From: Alphaproteobacteria bacterium
GTDB lineage: Bacteria > Pseudomonadota > Alphaproteobacteria > UBA6615
Assembly: GCA_965261975.1 (NCBI GenBank)
Contig: CBDHEC010000035.1
Span: 1-25,624 of the forward strand
Direction: 5' to 3'
DNA: 25,624 nucleotides
Part shown: one piece after another, positions 18,502 through 25,422 of the stretch
Position numbering within the stretch: position 1 is the first letter of the stretch
Layout of the letters: each line of letters begins with the position of its first letter
Notes under the pieces: model-generated
Database searches by the model: none
Told to the model about the DNA's origin: nothing
What the model saw: only the letters and a program-made list of their open reading frames with translations
Position numbers and translations under genes: made by a program

Positions 18502-18602
18502 CGACCGTACCCCCGAACCCTGAATGCCGCCCTCTGGCGACCCGGGTCATTCTCGACCTTCTCAGCGGGGCGGTTGTCGAAACCGACCCCATGCGCGGGC
18601 GG

Positions 18603-18631
18603 AACGTATCAACCCGACAGGGGGCTGTAAA
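18603..18631 (-). promoter_or_regulatory. Sigma70 promoter of prs(-rplY-pth-ychF)
   Basis: Minus strand TTTACA-17 nt-TACGTT with an extended -10 TG, about 100 bp upstream of the prs ATG. Confidence 0.55.
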
Positions 18632-18665
18632 CAAGACTCCGCTGGGGATAATAACGGGTGCCTTG

Positions 18666-19553
18666 TTAACGTCGCGCCTTGTCGTCGCCGCCGCCATTTC
18701 CGGCCTCGGGCACGACAAAACCATCGCGCCAGTCGATCCGTGAAACCAGGTCCACCAAACCGGCTGCAGCTGCAAGCCCGGCCTCGCGCGCGAGGTCGCC
18801 CCAGCGGTTTTCGATGACGGTATTGGCGAACGGGCTCGCCTGCTCGATCTTCCCGATTTCCGCGCCGAAGGGGTCGGCGACGACCCACTCGATCGCGACT
18901 TCTGTGCGCTCGCCCGAGAGCGGAATCATGCGGACTTCCGCCGTCGCCGTCAGGGTTTCATCGCTCGGCGTGACTGCGACGCGGGCACCGAGCCGTCGCA
19001 GGCCCTGGCGCAAGGCCGCCTGCAGGCGCGTCCCGCCATTCGCCGGCGCGCCGGTGGCCGTTCCCACATAGATCGCAGGCGTGACCACCTCGGTCTTGAC
19101 GTCGTCCTGGATGTAGGCGGCGATTCTGGGGGCCGCACGTGCTGCGAAGGCCTCCATGAGTTCTGGCTCGGCCAGCGCCCAGGGTTCAATGGGTGTGCCC
19201 TCGATACTTTGCTCATACCGCCCGATTTCTTCGCCCGACGGGTCTTGGAGAATCCATGCGATATGGGCGTCGCGACCGGGGTCGACCACAGTGCCGGTCA
19301 GAACCATGCTGGACCGGTTGCGGCTGTGCCGAAAGGCCGGAACGTCCCGCTCGATCAGGGCCTTGACCATCTCGCGGGCCAGCCCGTCCGCCGTCGCCGC
19401 GGGCGCATCGACCACCGGCTGGACCAGAATGCCGGGCGAATCCGAGAGCCGCAGCAGACCGTTTTCGCTGTCGGGCGGACGCTCGAATACCCGCGGTACC
19501 GGCTGGCATGCAGTCAGGAGGACCAGGAGCGGCAAGAACAGGCTAAAGCGCAC
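18666..19553 (-). CDS. Uncharacterised lipoprotein with two internally repeated alpha/beta domains
   Basis: GTG start, MRFSLFLPLLVLLTAC lipobox (Cys16); repeats IAWILQDPSGEEIGRYEQ and IEWVVADPFGAEIGKIEQ. Confidence 0.85.
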   Translation of the reverse strand: MRFSLFLPLLVLLTACQPVPRVFERPPDSENGLLRLSDSPGILVQPVVDAPAATADGLAREMVKALIERDVPAFRHSRNRSSMVLTGTVVDPGRDAHIAWILQDPSGEEIGRYEQSIEGTPIEPWALAEPELMEAFAARAAPRIAAYIQDDVKTEVVTPAIYVGTATGAPANGGTRLQAALRQGLRRLGARVAVTPSDETLTATAEVRMIPLSGERTEVAIEWVVADPFGAEIGKIEQASPFANTVIENRWGDLAREAGLAAAAGLVDLVSRIDWRDGFVVPEAGNGGGDDKARR

Positions 19554-19608
19554 AGCTCACCATCATCGCCGCCAGCGTGAAGAATATCAGCATGATCAGA
19601 TAGGGCAT
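19543..19608 (-). CDS. Putative 21-aa hydrophobic small protein MPYLIMLIFFTLAAMMVSCAL
   Basis: Fills the pgeF-lipoprotein gap: ATG 3 nt after the pgeF stop and TAG overlapping the lipoprotein start by 11 nt; 13 of 17 non-Met codons end in G/C. Too short for the ORF track. Confidence 0.45.
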   Translation of the reverse strand: MPYLIMLIFFTLAAMMVSCAL

Positions 19609-19611
19609 GGA

Positions 19612-20400
19612 CTAGTCTTCCGCACCCAGGACGATCAGCGACAGGTTGCGGCCATAATCCGGTTCGTGTCGGTGGCAGCTGCGCCGGTAGCTGAAGAAGT
19701 TCTCGTCACGATAGGTGTCGTGGCCGGTCGTGGCGGGATCGGCCACCCCGGCATGTGCCAGTCGGTTGCGCACATACCCGGGCAAATCGAAAAGCAGGCG
19801 GTCGGTGTTTGGCCGCGGCGTGAAAAACATCTCGTTCGCGGCGTCCTGCGCCAGGAAGGGCGCGGGAAACTCAGGCCCCACTTCATAGGATGCCGGGCCG
19901 ATACAGGGCCCGACCGCGGCAATGATACGCCCGCGGTCGGCACCGCGAGTTTCCATCTCGGCCACCGTCGCCTCGACCACGCCATCCAGTGCGCCGCGCC
20001 AGCCGGCATGGGCTGCCGCGACGATGCGGGCGCCGGGGTCGGCAAACAGAACGGGCGCGCAGTCGGCTGCCAGAACACCGATCGCCAGGCCGGGGCGGGT
20101 GCAGACAAGCGCGTCGGCTTCCGGCGGCTTGTCCGGGTCCATCGTTTCGGCGTCGATAACGCTGGCGGAGTGAACCTGGTAGAGGGTGCGAAGCTGGTCG
20201 TCATCCGCGCCGACCGTCTGGGCCGCGCGGGCACGGTTCTCGATCACATGGGTGCGGTCGTCGTCGGAGCCGAGCCCGCAATTGAGGCCGGCATAGATCC
20301 CCGCGCTGACCCCGCCCGCGCGGGACAGAAAGCCATGCCGGACACCCGGGAGGCGGCCCAAATTATCTGCGGTTGCGTGCGGGTCTTGCATGATGATCAC
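19612..20400 (-). CDS. pgeF: Peptidoglycan editing factor PgeF / YfiH (purine nucleoside phosphorylase, multicopper-oxidase-like DUF152)
   Basis: RHGFLSRAGGVS, LNCGLGSDD, QVHSA, ADCAPVL, AAAHAGWRG, GPCIGPASYEVG, FFSYRR. GTG 20400 gives a GTGA overlap with the upstream stop; ATG 20391 is an alternative start. Confidence 0.94.
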   Translation of the reverse strand: MIIMQDPHATADNLGRLPGVRHGFLSRAGGVSAGIYAGLNCGLGSDDDRTHVIENRARAAQTVGADDDQLRTLYQVHSASVIDAETMDPDKPPEADALVCTRPGLAIGVLAADCAPVLFADPGARIVAAAHAGWRGALDGVVEATVAEMETRGADRGRIIAAVGPCIGPASYEVGPEFPAPFLAQDAANEMFFTPRPNTDRLLFDLPGYVRNRLAHAGVADPATTGHDTYRDENFFSYRRSCHRHEPDYGRNLSLIVLGAED

Positions 20401-21497
20401 GATTGCGAGTCGAAGCCGGCGAGAAGCTCGATCCGTTGCTCGGTGAGGGCCATTACCTTGAACAGGGTGCCCATTTCGGAGGGCCCGATCAAGCGGGTCA
20501 GCGCGGCGTTCAGGTCGCGCGTCTGGCGCTCGTCTGCATTCCGGCGCAAGGCTTCCGCCCGCTCGCGAATGCCGAGCCGTTGCAGAAACACGCCCTGATC
20601 GAGCGGCCCCAGGCATCGTACCCCGGCGGGCGTGGCGGCTTCGGCGACCCGTTGAAAATCCACATGCGCGGTCACATCGCTCGTCCCCGGTGCGGCGAGA
20701 GGGTCGATGGGCCGATGCTGTCGCACGGCTTGAAGGGTCTCACCGATCGCGGTTCGCCGATGACCATAGTCCACGAAGAGTGCGCTGCCGCCATCGGTCG
20801 CAATGTGGGTGGCGATGGCGCCGACGACCGCCGTCACCGCCGGGGATTCTTCAAGGATTTCGCCCTCGGATGCGTCGGCGAGCAACCGCGCCGCGTTCGG
20901 GCCTTCCGGGCTTGCCGTCCCGGTTGCGGTAAACCTCAATCCGTCCGTCGCCGTGTCGTGATCGATCAGGCGTTCGCGCCAACTATCGCCGGTCTTCACG
21001 AATTGTCGCACCGGCAACGCATCGAGGAATTCATTGGCGACAAATATCGCCGGCAGGCCGTCGAGCGTGGGGACGGCATCGTGCCAGGTTACATTCCGGC
21101 CCTGCAGCGCCTTTTGCTGTGCCGTGCGCAATGTGGGGCTGGTCTCGACCATGTGAATTTGTGCCGCGTCGTGACACGCAGGTAGGGCCGCCAGCGCGCG
21201 CAGCGCATCCGCCATCAATGTGCCGCGGCCGGGCCCCAGCTCGATCAATGCGAATTCGTCGGGCGCGCCGATCCGCTGCCAGGCGTCGACGCACCACAGG
21301 CCGACCAGTTCACCGAACATCTGGGAGATCTCGGGTGCCGTGGTGAAGTCGCCGTCCACGCCAAACGGGTCGCGGGTGGCGTAGTAGCCCCCTTCGGGGT
21401 CGCCCAGCACGATCTCCATATAGTCTGCGACGCTGATTGGCCCGCGTTCGGCGATCAGGCGCGTCAGGCGGCGGACGACGGGCTGTCCGCTATCCAT
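20397..21497 (-). CDS. SAM-dependent methyltransferase, MidA/NDUFAF7 family
   Basis: YM...GYY..RDPFG..GDFTTAPEISQMFGEL, LIELGPGRGTLMAD, ANEFLDALP, VDYG, DVTAHVDF, MGTLFKV. Confidence 0.94.
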   Translation of the reverse strand: MDSGQPVVRRLTRLIAERGPISVADYMEIVLGDPEGGYYATRDPFGVDGDFTTAPEISQMFGELVGLWCVDAWQRIGAPDEFALIELGPGRGTLMADALRALAALPACHDAAQIHMVETSPTLRTAQQKALQGRNVTWHDAVPTLDGLPAIFVANEFLDALPVRQFVKTGDSWRERLIDHDTATDGLRFTATGTASPEGPNAARLLADASEGEILEESPAVTAVVGAIATHIATDGGSALFVDYGHRRTAIGETLQAVRQHRPIDPLAAPGTSDVTAHVDFQRVAEAATPAGVRCLGPLDQGVFLQRLGIRERAEALRRNADERQTRDLNAALTRLIGPSEMGTLFKVMALTEQRIELLAGFDSQS

Positions 21498-21526
21498 GCC
21501 CGTAGGTCCTGTTGGGGTCGATGTGC

Positions 21527-22369
21527 CTAAGGGGCCGGCGTGGCCGCGCGTTGATTGTTGTCGAGGCGATCATGGGTCATCGCATAGACGATGAAGATCA
21601 GACCGGCAATGGCGATCGGCGTCGACAGCCATTGGCCGATGGTCGAACCCCACAGCAGGAAGCCGCCGTCGCCGACATAATTGTCGGGCTGACGGAAGAA
21701 TTCGACGAAGGTGCGGGCCGACCCGTAGCCGAGCAGGAATACGCCTGTGAGCAGGCCGGGCCGGCGTCGCGCATGGGCAAGCCGGATCAAAGCGAACAGG
21801 ATAATGAACAGCAGGATGCCTTCCAGCCCCGCCTCATAGAGCTGGCTGGGGTGGCGGGCGACATCGCCGCCATCGGGAAACACGACCGCCCAGGGGACGT
21901 CGGTGGCGCGGCCGTACAGCTCGCCGTTGATGAAGTTCGCGAGGCGCCCCAGGAACAGGCCGATAGGGGCGGCGGCGGCCACCAGGTCGCTGAGCGTCAG
22001 AACCAGAATCCGGTATCGGCGGGCATACAGGATGATCGCGACTACGACGCCGAGCAGGCCGCCATGGAACGACATGCCGCCGTTCCAGACCGCCAGTATT
22101 TCGATCGGATTGGCGAGGAAGTAGGTGGGTTGGTAGAAGCCCACGAATCCAAGCCGTCCGCCCGCGATTACGCCGACGATAGCCCAGCTGAAGAAGTCCC
22201 CGACCTGTTGCGATGTCATCGTCACCGGCGGCCGGCGCAGCAGGGTCACCATATAACCCCAGCCGGCGAGCAGCCCGGCGATGAAGGCGAGTGCGTACCA
22301 GCGCACGACGAAGGGGCCGATCGCAATCGCGACCGGGTCAATTTCGGGAAATGGAATCGGCCCGGTCAT
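21527..22369 (-). CDS. lgt: Prolipoprotein diacylglyceryl transferase
   Basis: IDPVAIAIGP..VRWYAL, GGRLG, WNGGMSFHGG, GRLANFINGELYGR, RHPSQLYEA, EFFRQPD, GQWLS. Confidence 0.97.
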   Translation of the reverse strand: MTGPIPFPEIDPVAIAIGPFVVRWYALAFIAGLLAGWGYMVTLLRRPPVTMTSQQVGDFFSWAIVGVIAGGRLGFVGFYQPTYFLANPIEILAVWNGGMSFHGGLLGVVVAIILYARRYRILVLTLSDLVAAAAPIGLFLGRLANFINGELYGRATDVPWAVVFPDGGDVARHPSQLYEAGLEGILLFIILFALIRLAHARRRPGLLTGVFLLGYGSARTFVEFFRQPDNYVGDGGFLLWGSTIGQWLSTPIAIAGLIFIVYAMTHDRLDNNQRAATPAP

Positions 22370-22375
22370 AATCGC

Positions 22376-23353
22376 TCAGACATATGGGTCGTTGGTTGCG
22401 AGATAGTCTTGAACATAGCTGCGCACCCCATCCTCGAGGGATGTGAAGGGCTGATCGTATCCGGCGTCACGCAGGCGGTCCATTCGCGCTTCCGTGAAGT
22501 ACTGATACTGATTGCGGACGGTGTGGGGCATGTCGATATAGGTGATCTCCCGCGCCTGGCCCATCGCGTCGAAAATCGCACCGGCCATGTCGTCGAACGA
22601 CCGCGCCCGACCGGTGCCGAGATTGAAGATCCCGCTGACAGCCGGGTTGTCGCGTAACCACAGCATGACCGACACCGTGTCGCGGACATGGACGAAGTCG
22701 CGCAGCTGGCCGCCATCGCCATAGTCGGGCTCGTGGGATTTGAACAATCGCGCGCCGCCGGTCTCGCGAATCTGTTGCCAGAATTGCGGCACAACACTCT
22801 GTTGGCCACCCTTGTGATACTCGTTCGGCCCATAGACGTTGAAAAACCGAAGGCCGGCCCATTGCGGGGGTGCGTGACCGGCGGCCGCCATGCGCAGCGC
22901 CGCGCGGTCGAAAAGAAGCTTCGACCAGCCATAGGGATTGAGCGGTCGCAGCCGCGCCAGGGCATCATCGTCATTGGCGTCGTCGAAGCCCCGTTCGCCA
23001 CCGCCGTAGGTGGCGGCCGAAGAGGCATAGATGAACGGCACCCCGTTTGCCGCACACCAGTCCCACAGGCGCAGGCTAAGCAGGTAGTTGTTGCGCATGA
23101 CCCGGTCGACATCCCGTTCGACCGTCGAGGAAATGGCGCCCATATGAAAGAGCGCCTCGGGCGGCTCGTCGAGCGCCGCGAGCCAGTCCGGGAGCACATC
23201 CGGCGCAATCAGTTCGAAGGGTCCGCGTTTGACGATATTGCGGGCCAACGCGTCTTCTTCGAAATCGCAAACCACGGGCGCGCCGCCGCGTTCGGACAGC
23301 GCGGCCACAAGGTTCGAACCGATGAATCCGGCCCCGCCGGTCACGACATGCAT
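22376..23353 (-). CDS. hldD: ADP-L-glycero-D-manno-heptose 6-epimerase
   Basis: VTGGAGFIGSNL, HMGAISST.E.D, YASSAATYG, PLNPYGWSK (YxxxK), LRFFNVYGPNEYHKG, G.QLRDFV, QYQYFTEA. ATG 23353 has GGAG 6 nt upstream. Confidence 0.93.
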   Translation of the reverse strand: MHVVTGGAGFIGSNLVAALSERGGAPVVCDFEEDALARNIVKRGPFELIAPDVLPDWLAALDEPPEALFHMGAISSTVERDVDRVMRNNYLLSLRLWDWCAANGVPFIYASSAATYGGGERGFDDANDDDALARLRPLNPYGWSKLLFDRAALRMAAAGHAPPQWAGLRFFNVYGPNEYHKGGQQSVVPQFWQQIRETGGARLFKSHEPDYGDGGQLRDFVHVRDTVSVMLWLRDNPAVSGIFNLGTGRARSFDDMAGAIFDAMGQAREITYIDMPHTVRNQYQYFTEARMDRLRDAGYDQPFTSLEDGVRSYVQDYLATNDPYV

Positions 23354-23475
23354 TGGCTGCTCCAATAATTACTGCCGCTTTATAGGCTTTCGCGGATCGG
23401 TGCGGCAATGTGGCAACCCTGTTCGTTTGCGCCGGAAGGGCGTAATGTCGCCCCACCTGATAAGGAGTGACCGGC

Positions 23476-23790
23476 ATGCAGACCCGAAGCCGATTGTTGG
23501 ATGAAGTAGCTCGCCTCGCAAATGGTGCGGCGGGTGTCGCCAGCGGCCTGCGCGAAGAGATCGACTCGCTCGTGCAGCAGCGCCTGGAGCGCGTCCTGGC
23601 GGATATGGAGCTTGTCCGTCGCGAGGAGTTCGAGGCCGTCGAGGCGGTTGCGATCAAGGCCCGCGAAGAGCAGGAAGCCCTGGAGAAACGGGTGGCGGCG
23701 CTGGAGAAGAAGCTCGCTGCGCGGTCCCGTAAGTCTCCGTCGAAAACGTCGACGAAAGCAGCGGGTAAGGGCGGCTCCGCCAAGAGCTGA
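23476..23790 (+). CDS. ubiK: Accessory factor UbiK family (BMFP/YqiC) coiled-coil protein
   Basis: MQTRSRLLDEVARL..GAAG, MELVRREEFEAV, AREEQEALEKRVAALE; AAGGAG SD; divergent from the lgt operon as is usual in Alphaproteobacteria. Confidence 0.88.
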   Translation: MQTRSRLLDEVARLANGAAGVASGLREEIDSLVQQRLERVLADMELVRREEFEAVEAVAIKAREEQEALEKRVAALEKKLAARSRKSPSKTSTKAAGKGGSAKS

Positions 23791-23799
23791 CGCGCGGGT

Positions 23800-23823
23800 T
23801 CCGGCTGAAACCGCCGGACTTTT
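23800..23823 (+). terminator. Weak candidate terminator after ubiK
   Basis: TCCGGC-TGAAACC-GCCGGA followed by C and a short T-run. Confidence 0.35.
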
Positions 23824-23906
23824 AAATAGCTGGGGATGTCCACAGGCGCGGCGGTTGCGGCGCAGTTGGCGTTCGTGACAGTCTACTTCCAGTAGTGGTT
23901 TTACGC

Positions 23907-23955
23907 TCATGACCTACAATATTTCGTAGCTATTACAAGATATTGGGGGTCATGA
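23907..23955. promoter_or_regulatory. Imperfect inverted repeat containing two NrdR-box-like 16-mers
   Basis: TCATGACCTACAATATTTCGTAG-CTA-TTACAAGATATTGGGGGTCATGA; boxes CTACAATATTTCGTAG (23914-23929) and TTACAAGATATTGGGG (23933-23948) compared with consensus acaCwAtATaTwGtgt. Confidence 0.55.
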
Positions 23956-23995
23956 AGTTTGTTCGCATAAACCGCATTCTGGAGGCCTTTCCCAT

Positions 23996-24496
23996 ATGGG
24001 TAACCTGTCCCAAAGCGTCATCGATCAGACATTGCATCCCCTCGATTTGACCGAGGAGATGATCGCAATGCGTGATTGGGCACAGGAGCGCACCCGTCGG
24101 GATGAGTTGTTGGCCGAAATTGCCGGGCGCTGGTGTGATTACCACGCGGTCTTCAACTGGATCGACGATATCGGCGCGCTGCAGCTGACATGTGCATTTG
24201 ATATGCGCACCCCGCCTGAAAGGCGTGACGCGGTGCATGAATTGCTGGCCGTGCTGAACGAGCGGCTCGGTATCGGCCATTTTGATGTCGGCTCGCAGGA
24301 CGGACTGCCGGCTTATCGCCACGCCCTGCTGTTGCGCGGCGGCGGCCTGTCGGCCGAACAGATCGAGGACATGGTCGATATCGCGGTGCACGAGCTGGAC
24401 CGGTTCTACCCGGCTTTTCAGTATGTGGTCTGGGGCAACCAGTCCGCCCATGCCGCCGTAAGCTCGATCATGTTCGACACGGTCGGTGAAGCCTGA
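23996..24496 (+). CDS. YbjN domain protein (DUF1790 / T3SS-chaperone-like fold)
   Basis: HPLDLTEE...W..ER..DEL..EIAGRWCDY, ALQLTCAFD, LAVLNERLGIGHFD, YRHALLL, E.DRFYPAFQYVVW..., FDTVGEA; GGAGG SD; the usual neighbour of proC. Confidence 0.88.
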   Translation: MGNLSQSVIDQTLHPLDLTEEMIAMRDWAQERTRRDELLAEIAGRWCDYHAVFNWIDDIGALQLTCAFDMRTPPERRDAVHELLAVLNERLGIGHFDVGSQDGLPAYRHALLLRGGGLSAEQIEDMVDIAVHELDRFYPAFQYVVWGNQSAHAAVSSIMFDTVGEA

Positions 24497-24535
24497 CTCC
24501 GTCGGTCGACGGAGACCCCTGATCCGCCTGGCGGA
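24497..24535 (+). other. Two GC-rich hairpins between the ybjN-like gene and proC
   Basis: CTCCGTCG-GT-CGACGGAG (24497-24514) and TCCGCC-T-GGCGGA (24523-24535); no U-tract. Confidence 0.4.
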
Positions 24536-24558
24536 CGAAGACTTACGGACGAAATACA

Positions 24559-25365
24559 ATGGCCCGATCTGAATCGATACTGCTCGTCGGCTGCGGCAAG
24601 ATGGGGGGCGCGTTGATGGACGGATGGATCGGGCAGGGCACAGCTCCCGATGCCATTTTCGTCGTCGATCCCATGCAACCGGATTTGCCAAACGGTGTCG
24701 CGGGCGGTGCGGCATTCGAAGATATCCCGGACGGTTTTGATGCCACCGTGGTCGTGCTGGCGGTGAAGCCGCAAGTCATGGACGCGGTGCTGGCGCCCTA
24801 TCCCGCCCTCGTGCGCCCCGGTACGGTTTTCCTGTCGATCGCAGCCGGGCGCACCATTGCCTCGTTCGAGGCGGTGCTGGGCGCCGACGCGCGAATTGTA
24901 CGCGCTATGCCCAATACGCCGGCGGCGGTGGGCCGGGGGGTTACCGTGCTGGCTGGTAACGACCATGTCACCGATGATCAGCGCAACGCCTGCGAAGCCC
25001 TTATGACGGCGGTCGGCAAGGTTGCGTGGGTGGCAGACGAAGGTCTGATCGATGCCGTGACGGGTGTGTCAGGAAGCGGTCCTGCATACGTTTTCCATCT
25101 GGTCGAGGCGATGGCTGCCGCGGGGGTCGCTGCGGGCCTGCCGCCGGAGTTGGCGATGCAGCTTGCCCGCGAGACGGTCGCCGGCAGCGGCGAGCTGCTG
25201 GCGCAGAGCGACGAGCCTGCCGCGACCCTGCGCGAGAATGTGACCAGCCCCGGGGGCACGACGGCGGCAGCCCTCGATATTCTGATGTCTGACGATGGTC
25301 TGACCGCGTTGATGACCCGGGCGATCGTGCGCGCGACCGAGCGCTCCCGCGAGCTTGCCGGCTAG
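24559..25365 (+). CDS. proC: Pyrroline-5-carboxylate reductase
   Basis: LVGCGKMGGA, LAVKPQ, LSIAAG, RAMPNTPAAVG, DAVTGVSGSGPAYVF, LRENVTSPGGTTAAAL, RSREL. Confidence 0.98.
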   Translation: MARSESILLVGCGKMGGALMDGWIGQGTAPDAIFVVDPMQPDLPNGVAGGAAFEDIPDGFDATVVVLAVKPQVMDAVLAPYPALVRPGTVFLSIAAGRTIASFEAVLGADARIVRAMPNTPAAVGRGVTVLAGNDHVTDDQRNACEALMTAVGKVAWVADEGLIDAVTGVSGSGPAYVFHLVEAMAAAGVAAGLPPELAMQLARETVAGSGELLAQSDEPAATLRENVTSPGGTTAAALDILMSDDGLTALMTRAIVRATERSRELAG

Positions 25366-25372
25366 CGTTTCG

Positions 25373-25401
25373 CTTAACAGGGCGCCGTGTCTGTCCTAGG
25401 T
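25373..25401 (+). promoter_or_regulatory. Possible RpoH-type promoter for the TetR-like gene
   Basis: CTTAAC-16 nt-CCTAGGT resembles the alphaproteobacterial RpoH consensus CTTGAA-N15/16-CCTATAT, with two mismatches in each half. Confidence 0.2.
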
Positions 25402-25422
25402 TTCGGACATATCGGAGCCCGT

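Noticed and set aside
18502-18665. Possible tRNA upstream of prs (tRNA-Gln sits there in some bacteria)
   Set aside because: No cloverleaf and no TTCG-A-A/N-TCC T-arm in the right context; kept only as a structured UTR.
19543-19608. Small ORF as the frameshifted true N-terminus of the lipoprotein
   Set aside because: The lipoprotein has its own complete signal peptide and lipobox from GTG 19553, and no slippery site is evident.
19156-20598. 480-aa plus-strand ORF
   Set aside because: Antisense to the lipoprotein, pgeF and midA genes; no motifs.
21512-22657. 381-aa plus-strand ORF
   Set aside because: Antisense to lgt and hldD; the Gln/Asp/Glu-rich composition mirrors hydrophobic codons on the coding strand.
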